64,000 nucleotides of DNA from Tubulanus polymorphus (taxonomy: Eukaryota > Animalia > Nemertea), in assembly GCF_964204645.1 (NCBI RefSeq), contig NC_134025.1, forward strand, positions 7,502,001-7,566,000, in the 5' to 3' direction. The position numbers and the translations under genes are program-made. A model generated the notes under the pieces. It was given only the letters and a program-made list of their open reading frames with translations. It was not told the DNA's origin and did not search any database. Numbering within the stretch: the first letter of the stretch is position 1; each line of letters starts with the position of its first letter. Below are positions 12,073 through 24,567 of this stretch, piece after piece.

Positions 12073-15000
12073 TTAGTACGTTGGTTTTAAGCCCTTTTGC
12101 AAAATTTCAATACATTCTTCATCAGATATAACAACATCTGATGGCATAAAGATATTTCCATCAAATTCAGGGTATTTTCTCAAAATACAAGTGGCGTTAG
12201 GGTGGAAATAACCAACTCTCCAGGAATCCCTCTTGCTGGCAGATTTTTTATCAAAGAATTGATAATTTCCATATGAAGCCACAACCAGTCTCGATTTAAG
12301 ATCCGTAGGGCAGCCTTGGCATCGCTTTATTCTCGTCGATCTTTCCTTCATGTAAAATGGCGCTGAAAAATAATACATTATTGATATGTTAAAGCGCTAA
12401 AATGAGACGTGTTACAGCTTTCATGTCGTTATTTTCAAATTACCTATATCTTTTTCTTGTTTACTAGTTCTTTCCTTTTTCGGTAACTCCATCTTTCCGC
12501 CTAGAAAAGTCAATGTAATTGTCAAAAATAACCGATACAGATGTAATAACTAAATTCAAATCTGTGAAAAGTATACCTGTTTCTTTTTTCTTCTTTTTTA
12601 CAGCTTTTCGCATTTTCGTACCTACAAATTGTACACATATATGTATATACAAGACCATACCTCTCCTACTTAATTCGTTATATACGAACATAATTATGTT
12701 CGTGGTCACAAATGCGCTACATCAAATTAGTAATCTGATTGAATAGAATTAAGAAATGCAGAATTAACAGACCTGCAGTTTTGTTGTCACATGCAGTGGT
12801 ATTCTCGAACTCAAAATCACTCGTTTTTCTTCGTTTTGGTGGAACTATGTCTGGTAATTCATTATCTGTAATATAGAAAAACAGGGTACTTTAGGACGAC
12901 TCTATTTCATAGTACTAACTTTCTACTACAGTAGGCCTATCATAATGATTCCTTGGCGAATGTTTGTCTCCATCTGTAATCCATCTTGCAATAAATTATG
13001 GACATTCCCGGTATCCTGACATATTGAACTTACTAGTAACGAACTCTGCATCATGAAGCTCATTTTCATTTTGGACGAGGGACACATCAGGAAAGTTACC
13101 TGAAGAAAAGTTTCTATTCAATTTATCTTCATTCTCCGTTGGTCTTTTACTCTTACTTTAAAATTAGGATTGTGCGCGCGACATGTGTAGTGAGTAGATA
13201 CCTCGGAGCTAGAACCAACTTAATTATTTCTCCTTAGTCTTAACTAAGTACACTGTGAAAAAATTATCATTGATTTTCTTTCGTAAGATTTTTCATCAAA
13301 TTATCCTAAGACTTTAATAACTCCTATAATAATATAATGTTATAAATGGAATCATTCTGGGTAAACCAGGTCGACCAAATGAATCATGCCAGCCAACCGA
13401 TTGGAGTCTTCCCAGTCTTCCTCAAAGTTTGATACATTGTTATGCAACAGCAATTCATTATAACTCACCATTTCCTATAGGATTTCCTTGATTTTCTTGT
13501 TCGCCTGAATAAAAATGAATGCAAATATATTCATTAAAGAATTAATATAATAGATAGAAAAGATATTCGCGAGACTGATCTTTGCTTACTGTCAATAGCT
13601 TTGCAGTACTTGCAAAAAAACATCACACTGCTTGCAATGTTGCTGCCTATCAGGGGTATTTGTCTGTTGTAGCAAGCTAGGTGAAACCACCTAAAGCATC
13701 TATCACAGCCAATCTGATTGAAAATGATAAATCAAATAAACTGGGAACATTTCTAAACATTCACCACGAATAGAAGAAAAATTGTATAATATCAATTAGT
13801 GTCAACGGAAACTTACCCAATCGGTAACATGAATTGAGCTTGCATGACAACATAGACAGCACATCTTTGAAGGATCTGTAGCTATTGAATGAAAATACAC
13901 TGTAATTTCAATTTCAGGTAAAGGAATGTGTATATCTTTATTGCGTACTGTTCACCTTTCTTACCTATCGATCCCATGAGCCACATGGCTATCTCAAATC
14001 GGTACTGATCGATCGCAGAACTAGTATTGTCAAACTCAAGGGTTTCATTTGCCAAAATACTCTCTGCAAACTACAGAATATCGCAGAATATAATCAATTA
14101 TAGTGTGAGGCCTATTTGATTAACAAACACGGTCTCCTGCAAGTTATTTAGATACAGGGTATACCATAATTAAACTTGTTAATATCAATAATATCCCTGT
14201 ATATAAAGTCCTTTCATATACCTTGAGAACAAAGACTCCACATGATGATGAATCTAGCTGCTTTGAGTGTTTGACGGTCCTCAACCTCCAGTTTCCCATT
14301 GACTTGACACTCTTGATGGCGATTGTGTTTTTAAAAACGGTTATCAATTCCTCTTTTAGTTCGCCCAATGAATTGAGATACAAGATCTCTTTCGTATTTG
14401 TCTGTATGATCTGCAGATATAATGAATTTTAAAGCAATTATAAGTTCTATGTTCAGTTCTATGTGATTTGATTAAGTACCATGAGTGTCCAGTGACCACC
14501 ATGTAACAATGGGCATAGCCATACTTCTTTTTCTGCCAATGATCTCTGAAATATAAGAATATCTTTTTAAAAACTGTCACATGAAATGACATTAGATAAA
14601 TCCTTGGATAATACTTCTAACGTTACTTCCTAAGAATTCCAGCTTATTCTATTTCATGGTTACACAAACTTACCAATGCACCCGGCAATCGGCGTCTATC
14701 ACCAAATATCATTGGCGACAAAATATGGCTACTCTGTACTCCAATCGTCTAAAACCATAATGTTTATTTCAATGAATTCAAGAAATTTTCAATAAGCAGT
14801 ACCGCGGTAATTTGTTTAATTGGTACATACGAATGTACACTTCAAACTTTCCATACTTACTTTCGATTCCGTCGAATACTTTAACGTTAAATGATTGAGC
14901 CCTTGAAAAACAGCCTGAAAAAGGAATACGTTTAATCAACCCAGAAAAAATCAAAAAATTGTAAGAGCTTTATACTTACTTCATCATTGAGCTGTTCATT

Positions 15001-18000
15001 TTTTTTTAATGAAAATATTGTCGCATCCGACAACGGTACTCCTCTTACGGTAAACAATTTTCCAAAGTAGTAGTCCTTCGGACCATATTCCCAGGTCGTA
15101 TAAACCACTGAAAGACAGAAATCATACATTCATGATAATTATCATCGCCATTGACTGTGGGCACAATGTGAGAAACTGTTTTCTTACGAGTATCATCTGA
15201 AGGTACTGCTGCTTCTTTTGCGATCGGTACAGACATTTCTATCTCTTCCGTATCACTTATATTTATTATTTCTGTAAATAGACAGGGAATTTATTAAAAG
15301 ATGGGAAAAATGTTTAGAATTTTGTCTATTATACCAACGATATTCTATGTACACACCAGCGTTGTTGTCCACGATGTCGTCACCAGCCTGGACTTCAGTG
15401 TCATCAATTAAACCATCTAGAACAGAATTAATTGACGATGACATTCAACATAATTATTATTTACAAACTTCCCAAATTAATTCATTCATTCTTAAACTTC
15501 TGTTTTATTCTGTACACACCAGCGTTGTTGTCCACGATGTCGTCACCAGCCTGGACTTCAGTGTCATCAATTAAACCATCTAGAACAGAATTAATTGACG
15601 ATGACATTCAACATAATCATTATTTACAAACTTTAGAATTAATTAATTCATTCTTAAACTTTTGTTTTATTCTGTACACACCAGCGTTGTTGTCCACGAT
15701 ATCGGCACCAGCCTGGACTTCAGTGTCATCAATTAAACCATCTAGAACAGAATTAATTGACGATGACATTCAACATAATCATTATTTACAAACTTTAGAA
15801 TTAATTAATTCATTCTTAAACTTTTGTTTTATTCTGTACACACCAGCGTTGTTGTCCACGATGTCGTCACCAGCCTGGACTTCAGTGTCATCAATTAAAC
15901 CATCTAGAACAGAATATAATTGACGATGACATTCAACATAATCATTATTTACAAACTTTAGAATTAATTAATTCATTCTTAAACTTTTGTTTTATTCTGT
16001 ACACACCAGCGTTGTTGTCCACGATGTCGTCACCAGCCTGGACTTCAGTGTCATCAATTAAACCATCTAGAACAGAATTAATTGACGATGACATTCAACA
16101 TAATCATTATTTACAAACTTTAGAATTAATTAATTCATTCTTAAACTTTTGTTTTATTCTGTACACACCAGCGTTGTTGTCCACGATATCGGCACCAGCC
16201 TGGACTTCAGTGTCATCAATTAAACCATCTAGAACAGAATTAATTGACGATGACATTCAACATAATCATTATTTACAAACTTTAGAATTAATTAATTCAT
16301 TCTTAAACTTTTGTTTTATTCTGTACACACCAGCGTTGTTGTCCACGATATCGGCACCAGCCTGGACTTCAGTGTCATCAATTAAACCATCTAGAACAGA
16401 ATTAATTGACGATGACATTCTACATAATCATTATTTACAAACTTTAGAATTAATTAATTCATTCTTAAACTTTTGTTTTATTCTGTACACACCAGCGTTG
16501 TTGTCCACGATGTCGTCACCAGCCTGGACTTCAGTGTCATCAATTAAACCATCTAGAACAGAATTAATTGACGATGACATTCAACATAATCATTATTTAC
16601 AAACTTTAGAATTAATTAATTCATTCTTAAACTTTTGTTTTATTCTGTACACACCAGCGTTGTTGTCCACGATATCGGCACCAGCCTGGACTTCAGTGTC
16701 ATCAATTAAACCATCTAGAACAGAATTAATTGACGATGACATTCAACATAATCATTATTTACAAACTTTAGAATTAATTAATTCATTCTTAAACTTTTGT
16801 TTTATTCTGTACACACCAGCGTTGTTGTCCACGATGTCGTCACCAGCCTGGACTTCAGTGTCATCAATTAAACCATCTAGAACAGAATATAATTGACGAA
16901 GACATTCAACATAATTATTATTTACAAACTTCCAAAATTGATTCATTATGAACTATTGGTTTATTCTGTACATACCAGAGATGTTACTGTCGACTTCCGT
17001 GTCAGCATTTGCCTTCAAACCTTCTAAAACAAAAGATTTTAATTACTTTTCATTATCAGTACATGTCTTCACGAGTATGATGTCTTTAATTCATTAAGAT
17101 ACTCAACTCTTCTTTAGAAGGTTTCTTGGAATATACTCAGTGATTAAATCTCTGGTGGGCATCAAGTGTTTCAAAGACACTTTTCTGCCCAGAGGTCTAC
17201 CATCTTTCAATAATATCGCTGATTTGCCAACAATCTCTTCAATAGTCAACGTCTCCTCGTGGAAGTTAGATTCCAAGAAACCACCTTTCCTCCCAATATT
17301 TTCTGCTTTGTACCTAATATATATACCATATATTCAATGCAACACGTAATAATACATACATAAAACTATAGGCATGGTATGGAACTAATACCTGTAGACC
17401 TTGTCTCCAACTTTGAGGCTCTTCGCTCCTTTATTTTGCCGCCTATCGTAATTAATTTTTTGACGAGTTTGGGCCTTTTCAATATTTTGCCTCGCGGTCT
17501 GTTCAATTTTCTCATGAATGGATAAAATATTGGCTTCAGTATTTCCGTTTTCTTCAACTCCCTGGATATATAAGGTAAATATAGGAAAATGAGACATATT
17601 TTAACAAAATTCAGCATCTTTATACAAAAATTCGAACTGAAAAAATTGATTTTACCGAGTATTCTTCAGTAACCTCTGGTACCTCAATTCCATTCCTGGC
17701 AACTCTTCCATACATAACATAAAACGGAGACATTTTCGTGCTGCTGTGTGGCTTCGTATTAATGGAGTAAGTGGCACTGTTTAAGTAATCGTCCCAATCA
17801 TTTTTTTTAGAATTAACTAAATGCTTTAATCTCCTAAAATACAATAATGTAAGAATGACATAATACATGAAAATAGATCTGTCTGATGTTATATTTCCGT
17901 ATTTTCACGTACTGTTTTAGAGTTTGATTTGTCCGTTCATCGAGTCCATTGGTTTGTGGGTGGTAGGCAGCGGTGACACAATGTTTCGTACCCATCATTT

Positions 18001-21000
18001 TCAATAACTCATCATTCAACTAAAATGAATCAGGATCATTTCACTTATAGTTGTATAGTACTAGTTATACTTATATTGTTATATTGTTATATGATTAAAG
18101 CTGTATAGTTAATTATATAATCATAGTTATATTTATAGTTATAACTATAGTTGTAGTTAAAGATGCTTACTTGAATTTTAGCTAATTTATTAATAATGAA
18201 TAAAATATGAACATTTTCACAAAAATACATAAAACATAAGGTGATCGAAGCTTTAAGATCCCGTAAGAGAATGACAAAACCAATTGTGGGTTAACAAAAA
18301 CCAAAGCTGAGAAATACAACACCAACGTTACTATGATTAAAACACAACCTTAATGTTAAAAAGTTTGACAGTACCTACATACCTTCCTCTGAATTCTGCA
18401 CTTAAAAGAAGACAATATGACATGATTTTCAATGATAACAAGTTCTCTGTGATTTATCAAGAGTCAAACCTACTTGATTATTAAATTCCCTTCCTTGATC
18501 AGACAGGATTCTCTTTGGGGCACCAAATCGATAGTACATCTGTAGGATACACTTTGCAACTTCAGTTGCCGACTTTTGTTTTATCGGGTATGCTTCTACC
18601 CATTTTGACACGTAATCAGTAGCCGTAAATATATACCGGTTTCCATTTTTTGTCATCGGTGCTTCGGTTAGATCAACGCCTACCATTTCCCAGACTTCAT
18701 TAACCTAGAAATAAAAAACAATTAACAATATGGTCTATCGTAATAATAACCTCATAATTAACTTAACTAAATTTCGAAATACAAATCATAAGCTCACAAT
18801 AAAAACGTAGATGGGATAATACTGAGCGCGGCGAAAGCACATGTCATATGTATATAAGGATTGGGGACGAATTTCACTACCTTTTCAACTGTACATATTC
18901 AAATGATAGTAGGGAATTATATCTAGACAGCAGATTTTATATCAACCTTATGAAACATAAGTTATTAATGCAAACCAAAGAGAAAGCCGAACTTAGTAAA
19001 TTGTGAATTTTTATTGGTAAAATTATGAGATTTTTCACTTTTCCTTAGAAATAGCTCGCATGTAAACCTATATTTAATTAGGTATCTACCTACTGTACGT
19101 CGCATATGATGTATCTTTTTATGTACTGTATATATCACTCAAATTGCCTTTGTATTAAGACCAAGAGTTTGTCAAATAAAGTAAAGTAAAGTAAAGTATG
19201 TGAAATAATCTTATACTTGATGTTGGTGAGGGTACATGTAAATTTTATAGAAGAAAAGAGACATTTACCTTAATAGGTTGCAACTCAGAATCGCCCTTCA
19301 GCAATCTCCCAGTTTTGATATTACAGCTTTCACATCCCTTGATCTATTGATTTATTGATGATAAGAAATAAAAAGGCACCTTTAATTGGGTAATAATACA
19401 TGCTCTAATTATTCTATGTTATGTTTAATAATTGTACTGTTACGTAGAATATTCAAACAAATAATATACGGATCAGTTGATCACAATATCCGTGATAAGA
19501 CGATGAGTAAAAATCCCACAATATATGACTGAATCTAAAAGGGTTATTTGATATATGAACTTACCCAGTCTCGCAAGTCATTAGTCATTGAAGGCCAAAA
19601 GTACTTCTCTGCGATCACGGAGAAAGTCTTTTCTAATTTGAAATGGCCTCCTTCAGGACTCGAATGATATGATGTAAAAATCCTTTTTACTTCATCCAAG
19701 GAGCTTACAACTTGGGCATGCTTGCCATTCCGACGAATTCTAAATAGTTGAGTTCCTGCCAAAAACGTAAATTGAAGCAAGATTTATTTTTCAAAACTTT
19801 TATTGATTTTATTTTACCAGAATGAGTTCAAATAGAATAACAAGTTCAATCATTTATATAATATATATCTATCATCAGATTTATGATTATTCGATATTAG
19901 CTGCTTTACTAACTATTGATCGGGACTTGAGATATTTTTCTTAGATATTGAGATTTGATCTTTAATCTATCGATGCAATATCATTATTCATAATTTTGGT
20001 TATGTTCGGTGAAATGGTGGCGCGTAATCTCAAACTCAAGCGGATACAGATCAGTCGTAAGGAAAGATATTCAAACAATTTAAACGCCGGCCCGAACGGC
20101 AAACAACCCTTTTAACCTCTGTGAAAATTGGAAATATAGCTTTTAGAGATACTTCAAAGTTAATAGATATCGCGCGGTTAAAATATGCGGTCCTTGGTTT
20201 CACATCGTCACTGTTCTCTGTTGCGTTCAAAACATCCAAGAATCACCAGCAGATATCTGCATTTCATTTCCTTTAAAATGGTGTTTGAGTTCATCGAGCA
20301 AGGGACTGTAGAACTATATGATATTTAATCTAAACATATGTTTTAAAAAAAGAGTTGAAATTATCGCAAAAATGTGGACCTCGAGGGACCGCCATAAAAT
20401 GGCGCCTATTTATCAAATTTATCAACTTTTAGCATCAAATGCTAAATTTCATGAATCACCCTTAAAGTCGGATAGAATATAGTTCATCAGAATGTATTCA
20501 CTCTAAAATAATCGTTTTAAATCTAAGATTTGGAAGTAATTCTTTTAAATGTTCTAATAGATAGCTCAACTGCTAAATAGAACGGTATAACATGCACATC
20601 CTGTTAAGTTAAATATAATAGTCAATGAGAATACATCTACATAAAAACGTGAATAAGATGATGTCTTATTTTGGAATTATCCAAAAGTGATTTATCTTTG
20701 AATTTTTAATTTGGTTTAGTATCTTTCTATTACGGAACAGCTCTATTAATGCTTTCTCTGGTGCGATGTTAATCAGAATATATCTTCTAAGATACCAAAA
20801 ACCTGTTTGATTTATCAAGTAATACCCTTCTAATTACTGGTACATGGAAACCGCTGTTAAACAACTGTTGTGTTGCGTCGCCTCGTATCAACGTACGTGA
20901 ACATATCATGCCTATCCTAATTGATGGGTACTGCCACGTTCGGGGCCATTAATTTTTACTGCTGACAAAAAGATTCTGACTGAGACACCTGTTCAAGCAC

Positions 21001-24000
21001 GTTGCTATGCATACTAGTCGTATGATTCTATCTACGGTGATTAGAGGCCACAAAATCATAAATTAAAAGTTTTTCACTATCGCAGTTCAGTATAATAGTA
21101 GTCTACTTTAATTTAAATAATAATTGTCCTCCAGTATCTTAATATCATTTTATCAGGGGATAGCTCTAACACTGTCAGCTGGTACGGTATAACATGGATC
21201 CCCTCCTTTAAAGTCATAAGTAATGGTTAATCAGAATGTATCTTATTAAAAATATCATTAATATCATGTTTTATTTTAGATTTTGAAGTTATTAATTGCC
21301 CTGGTTGTTTTAATATCAATCTATTAGGGGGTAGCTCTAATACTGTCAGCTGGTACGGTATAACATGCATCCCCCTTTAAAGTAATAAGTGATGGTTAAT
21401 CACAATGTATCTTATTCAAAATATCAGTAATATCATGTTTTATTTTGGATTATGAAGTTATTAATTGCCCTGGTTGTTTTAATATCAATCTGTTAGGGGG
21501 TAGCTCTAATACTGTCAGATGGTACGGTATAACATGCATCCCCCTTTTAAGTCATAAGTAATGGTTAATCAGAATGTATCTTATTCAAAATATCATTAAT
21601 ATCATGTTTTATTATAGATTTTGAAGTTATTAATTGCCCTGGTTGTTTTAATATCAATCTATTAGGGGGTAGCTCTAATACTGTCAGCTAGTACGGTATA
21701 ACATGCATCCCCCTTTAAAGTAATACGTAATGGTTAATCACAATGTATCTTATTCAAAATATCATTAATATCATGTTTTATTTTGGATTATGAAGTTATT
21801 AATTGCCCTGGTTGTTTTAATATCAATCTATTAGGGGGTAGCTATAATACTGTCAGATGGTACGGTATTACATGCATCCCCTCCTTTTAAGTCATAAGTA
21901 ATGGTTAATCAGAATGTATCTTATTCAAAATATCATTAATATCATGTTTTATTATAGATTTTGAAGTTATTAATTGCAATAGTTGTTTTAATATCAATCT
22001 GTTAGGGGGTAGCTCTAATACGGTCAGCTGATACGGTATTACATGCATCCCCTCCTTTAAAGTAATGGTTAATCAGAATGTATCTTATTCAAAATATCAT
22101 TAATATCATGTTTTATTATAGATTTTGAAGTTATTAATTGCAATAGTTGTTTTAATATCAATCTGTTAGGGGGTAGCTCTAATACTGTCAGATGGTACGG
22201 TATTACATGCATCCCCTCCTTTTAAGTCATAAGTAATGGTTAATCAGAATGTATCTTATTCAAAATATCATTAATATCATGTTTTATTATAGATTTTGAA
22301 GTTATTAATTGCAATAGTTGTTTTAATATCAATCTGTTAGGGGGTAGCTCTAATACTGTCAGATGGTACGGTATTACATGCATCCCCTCCTTTTAAGTCA
22401 TAAGTAATGGTTAATCAGAATGTATCTTATTCAAAATATCTATAATATCATGTTTTATTATAGATTTTGAAGTTATTAATTGCAATAGTTGTTTTAATAT
22501 CAATCTATTAGGGGGTAGCTCTAATACTGCCAGCTGGTACGGTATTACATGCATCCCCTCCTTTTAAGTCATAAGTAATGGTTAATCAGAATGTATCTTA
22601 TTCAAAATATCATTAATATCATGTTTTATTATAGATTTTGAAGTTATTAATTGCAATAGTTGTTTTAATATCAATCTGTTAGGGGGTAGCTCTAATACTG
22701 TCAGATGGTACGGTATTACATGCATCCCCTCCTTTTAAGTCATAAGTAATGGTTAATCAGAATGTATCTTATTCAAAATATCTATAATATCATGTTTTAT
22801 TATAGATTTTGAAGTTATTAATTGCCCTGGTTGTTTTAATATCAATCTATTAGGGGGTAGCTCTAATACTGTCAGCTAGTACGGTATAACATGCATCCCC
22901 CTTTAAAGTAATACGTAATGGTTAATCACAATGTATCTTATTCAAAATATCATAAATATCATGTTTTATTTTGGATTATGAAGTTATTAATTGCCCTGGT
23001 TGTTTTAATATCAATCTATTAGGGGGTAGCTCTAATACTGTCAGCTGGTACGGTATAACATGCATCCCCTCCTTTTAAGTCATAAGTAACGGTTAATCAG
23101 AATGTATTTTATTTAAAATATCATTAATATCATGTTTTATTTTGGATTTTGAAGTTATTAATTGCCCTGGATGTCTTAAATATCAATCTATTAGCTCTTA
23201 TAATGTCATCGATGTTTTAAAATCATTTTATTTGGAGATAGCTCTAATACTACATCTAGTATAAAATGCACCCCTTACGGTCAAATATGATAGCTGTATC
23301 TAATAATTAAATATTGAATAATATGAAGTTTTCAATTTTCATCTATGTTTTGATATCAAACTATGAGGGAATAGCTCTAATACTGCCATATCTGGTGCCA
23401 TGCTAGATATTACCATTAATCAGAATCTGATTGATGTCGTGTATCATTTTCTTATTTTTAAGTAATTAATTGTCATGATGTTTTGATATCATTCTATTAG
23501 AATAGTACGTCAAATATGCCGCCTCTAAGATTGGCCTTAGTTAAATTAGCCTCAAATACCTGAAAAAAAGCTGTTTGATTTATCAGGGAATACCCCTCAT
23601 AATTGCTGGTGCGTAATTGGCATCCATAGAAACCGCAGTTAAACAACTGTTGTGATGCGTCGCCTCGTTTCAACGCACGTCAACGCATCATAAATTGCTA
23701 CAGTCTTCCTTGGGTACTGCCACTTCCAGGGCCGTAGTACCATTAATTTTTACTCCTGACAAGAAGATACTGATAGAAACACCTGTTCAAGCACGTTGCT
23801 ATGCACAATGAAAATCTAAAGATTTTTACGATCTCCAAAGTTCAGGACCTACGTTTTCATCGAGTTGTGAAAAACGTTGAAACTATTTTTTTTCTAACCA
23901 ATATCCTTTACAAAATACACACAAATTTTCAAATGATTGGTTGAAACATTTTGTTCATTTCTTTTCATCTAAATGACTTATTGAAAACTTTTTTAAAAGA

Positions 24001-24567
24001 AATAACTCATTCAGCTTTATTTGGTCGATCCAGAGTCATGACAAATCTTTTTCCCAACAATTTTAGCTTTGATAATAGCAATAAAACCAAAACGCTTCAG
24101 AATTAAAATGATTGGTCGAACAAATTTTCTCACATTACTTAGTAAATTTTTCTTTAAAGAAATAGTCTTGTTGGATAGATCCTGAATGCCGAAAAATAAT
24201 TTTTATTTGGGCCCAAACAGTTTTCCCAACAATTTTAGTTCGGTAACAAAAATCGCACATTCGGTCACAAACGCTTCAGATTTTCAAATGATTTGTTGGA
24301 ATTTTTCACTCACATATCTATCTAAATTTAATTTAAGTCAAGATATCTTTTTCCTAACTGTATTTATCTATCTCAAAAATAATTTTAAAACACTTTAATG
24401 AATTTTCAAATATTATTTTGAAAAACGAAAATATTTCATTTCCTACCTTGCATGGTAAAATGCTTCGCTTTCTTTCTCAGAGTACACTTCATCGCCTTTG
24501 TAAAATCGGCTGGATATTGGCCATTCAACAGGTAATTAGAAAGGTTCGTTGCTTCAGCAGGATCCAT
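12073..24567 (-). CDS. Ginger1 transposase, multi-exon: HHCC Zn finger + DDE integrase + acidic repeat + Ulp1/C48 protease + PHD + C-terminal Zn finger
   Basis: Exon 1 24567-24447 MDPAEATNLSNYLLNGQYPADFTKAMKCTLRKKAKHF. 19755-19565 and 19343-19269 give YHSSPEGGH...YFWPSM...CESC. 18704-18474 has VGVDL...ILSDQGREF. 18019-17913 has YHPQTNGLDERTN. Further exons at 17833-17656, 17561-17392 and 17313-17108, then ten 60-nt exons. Ulp1 motifs LNDE / GGHWTLM / YLNSL / QLDSSSCGVFVL at about 15108-14222. PHD CLCC..IGCDRCFRWFHLAC..CKYC at 13876-13591. Last exon 12362-12073. GT-AG phases stay compatible throughout. Confidence 0.9.
15345..16975 (-). repeat. Ten tandem 162-163-bp exon+intron units, each with a 60-nt phase-1/1 exon encoding DGLIDDTEVQAG(D/A)DIVDNNA
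   Basis: Unit landmarks at 15351, 15514, 15676, 15838, 16001, 16163, 16325, 16487, 16649 and 16811. The minus strand reads ttctag|ATGGTTTAATT...AACGCTG|gtgtgt. Confidence 0.88.
21150..23200 (-). repeat. Second array of the same 171-bp satellite in reverse orientation, about 12 copies, inside transposase intron 1
   Basis: The reverse complement of the left-array monomer (catgcatcccctccttttaagtcataagtaatgg) is repeated. Degenerate copies extend to about 20560 and about 23500. Confidence 0.96.

Noticed and set aside
15432-16896. Plus-strand 163-aa and 294-aa repetitive ORFs
   Set aside because: They are by-products of a 162-bp unit divisible by 3. The splice signals and gene context support minus-strand micro-exons instead.
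17100-19780. Gypsy LTR retrotransposon remnant
   Set aside because: The integrase is split by introns, no RT/RNase H/gag/LTRs are seen, and the element has TIRs with a CCGG TSD.
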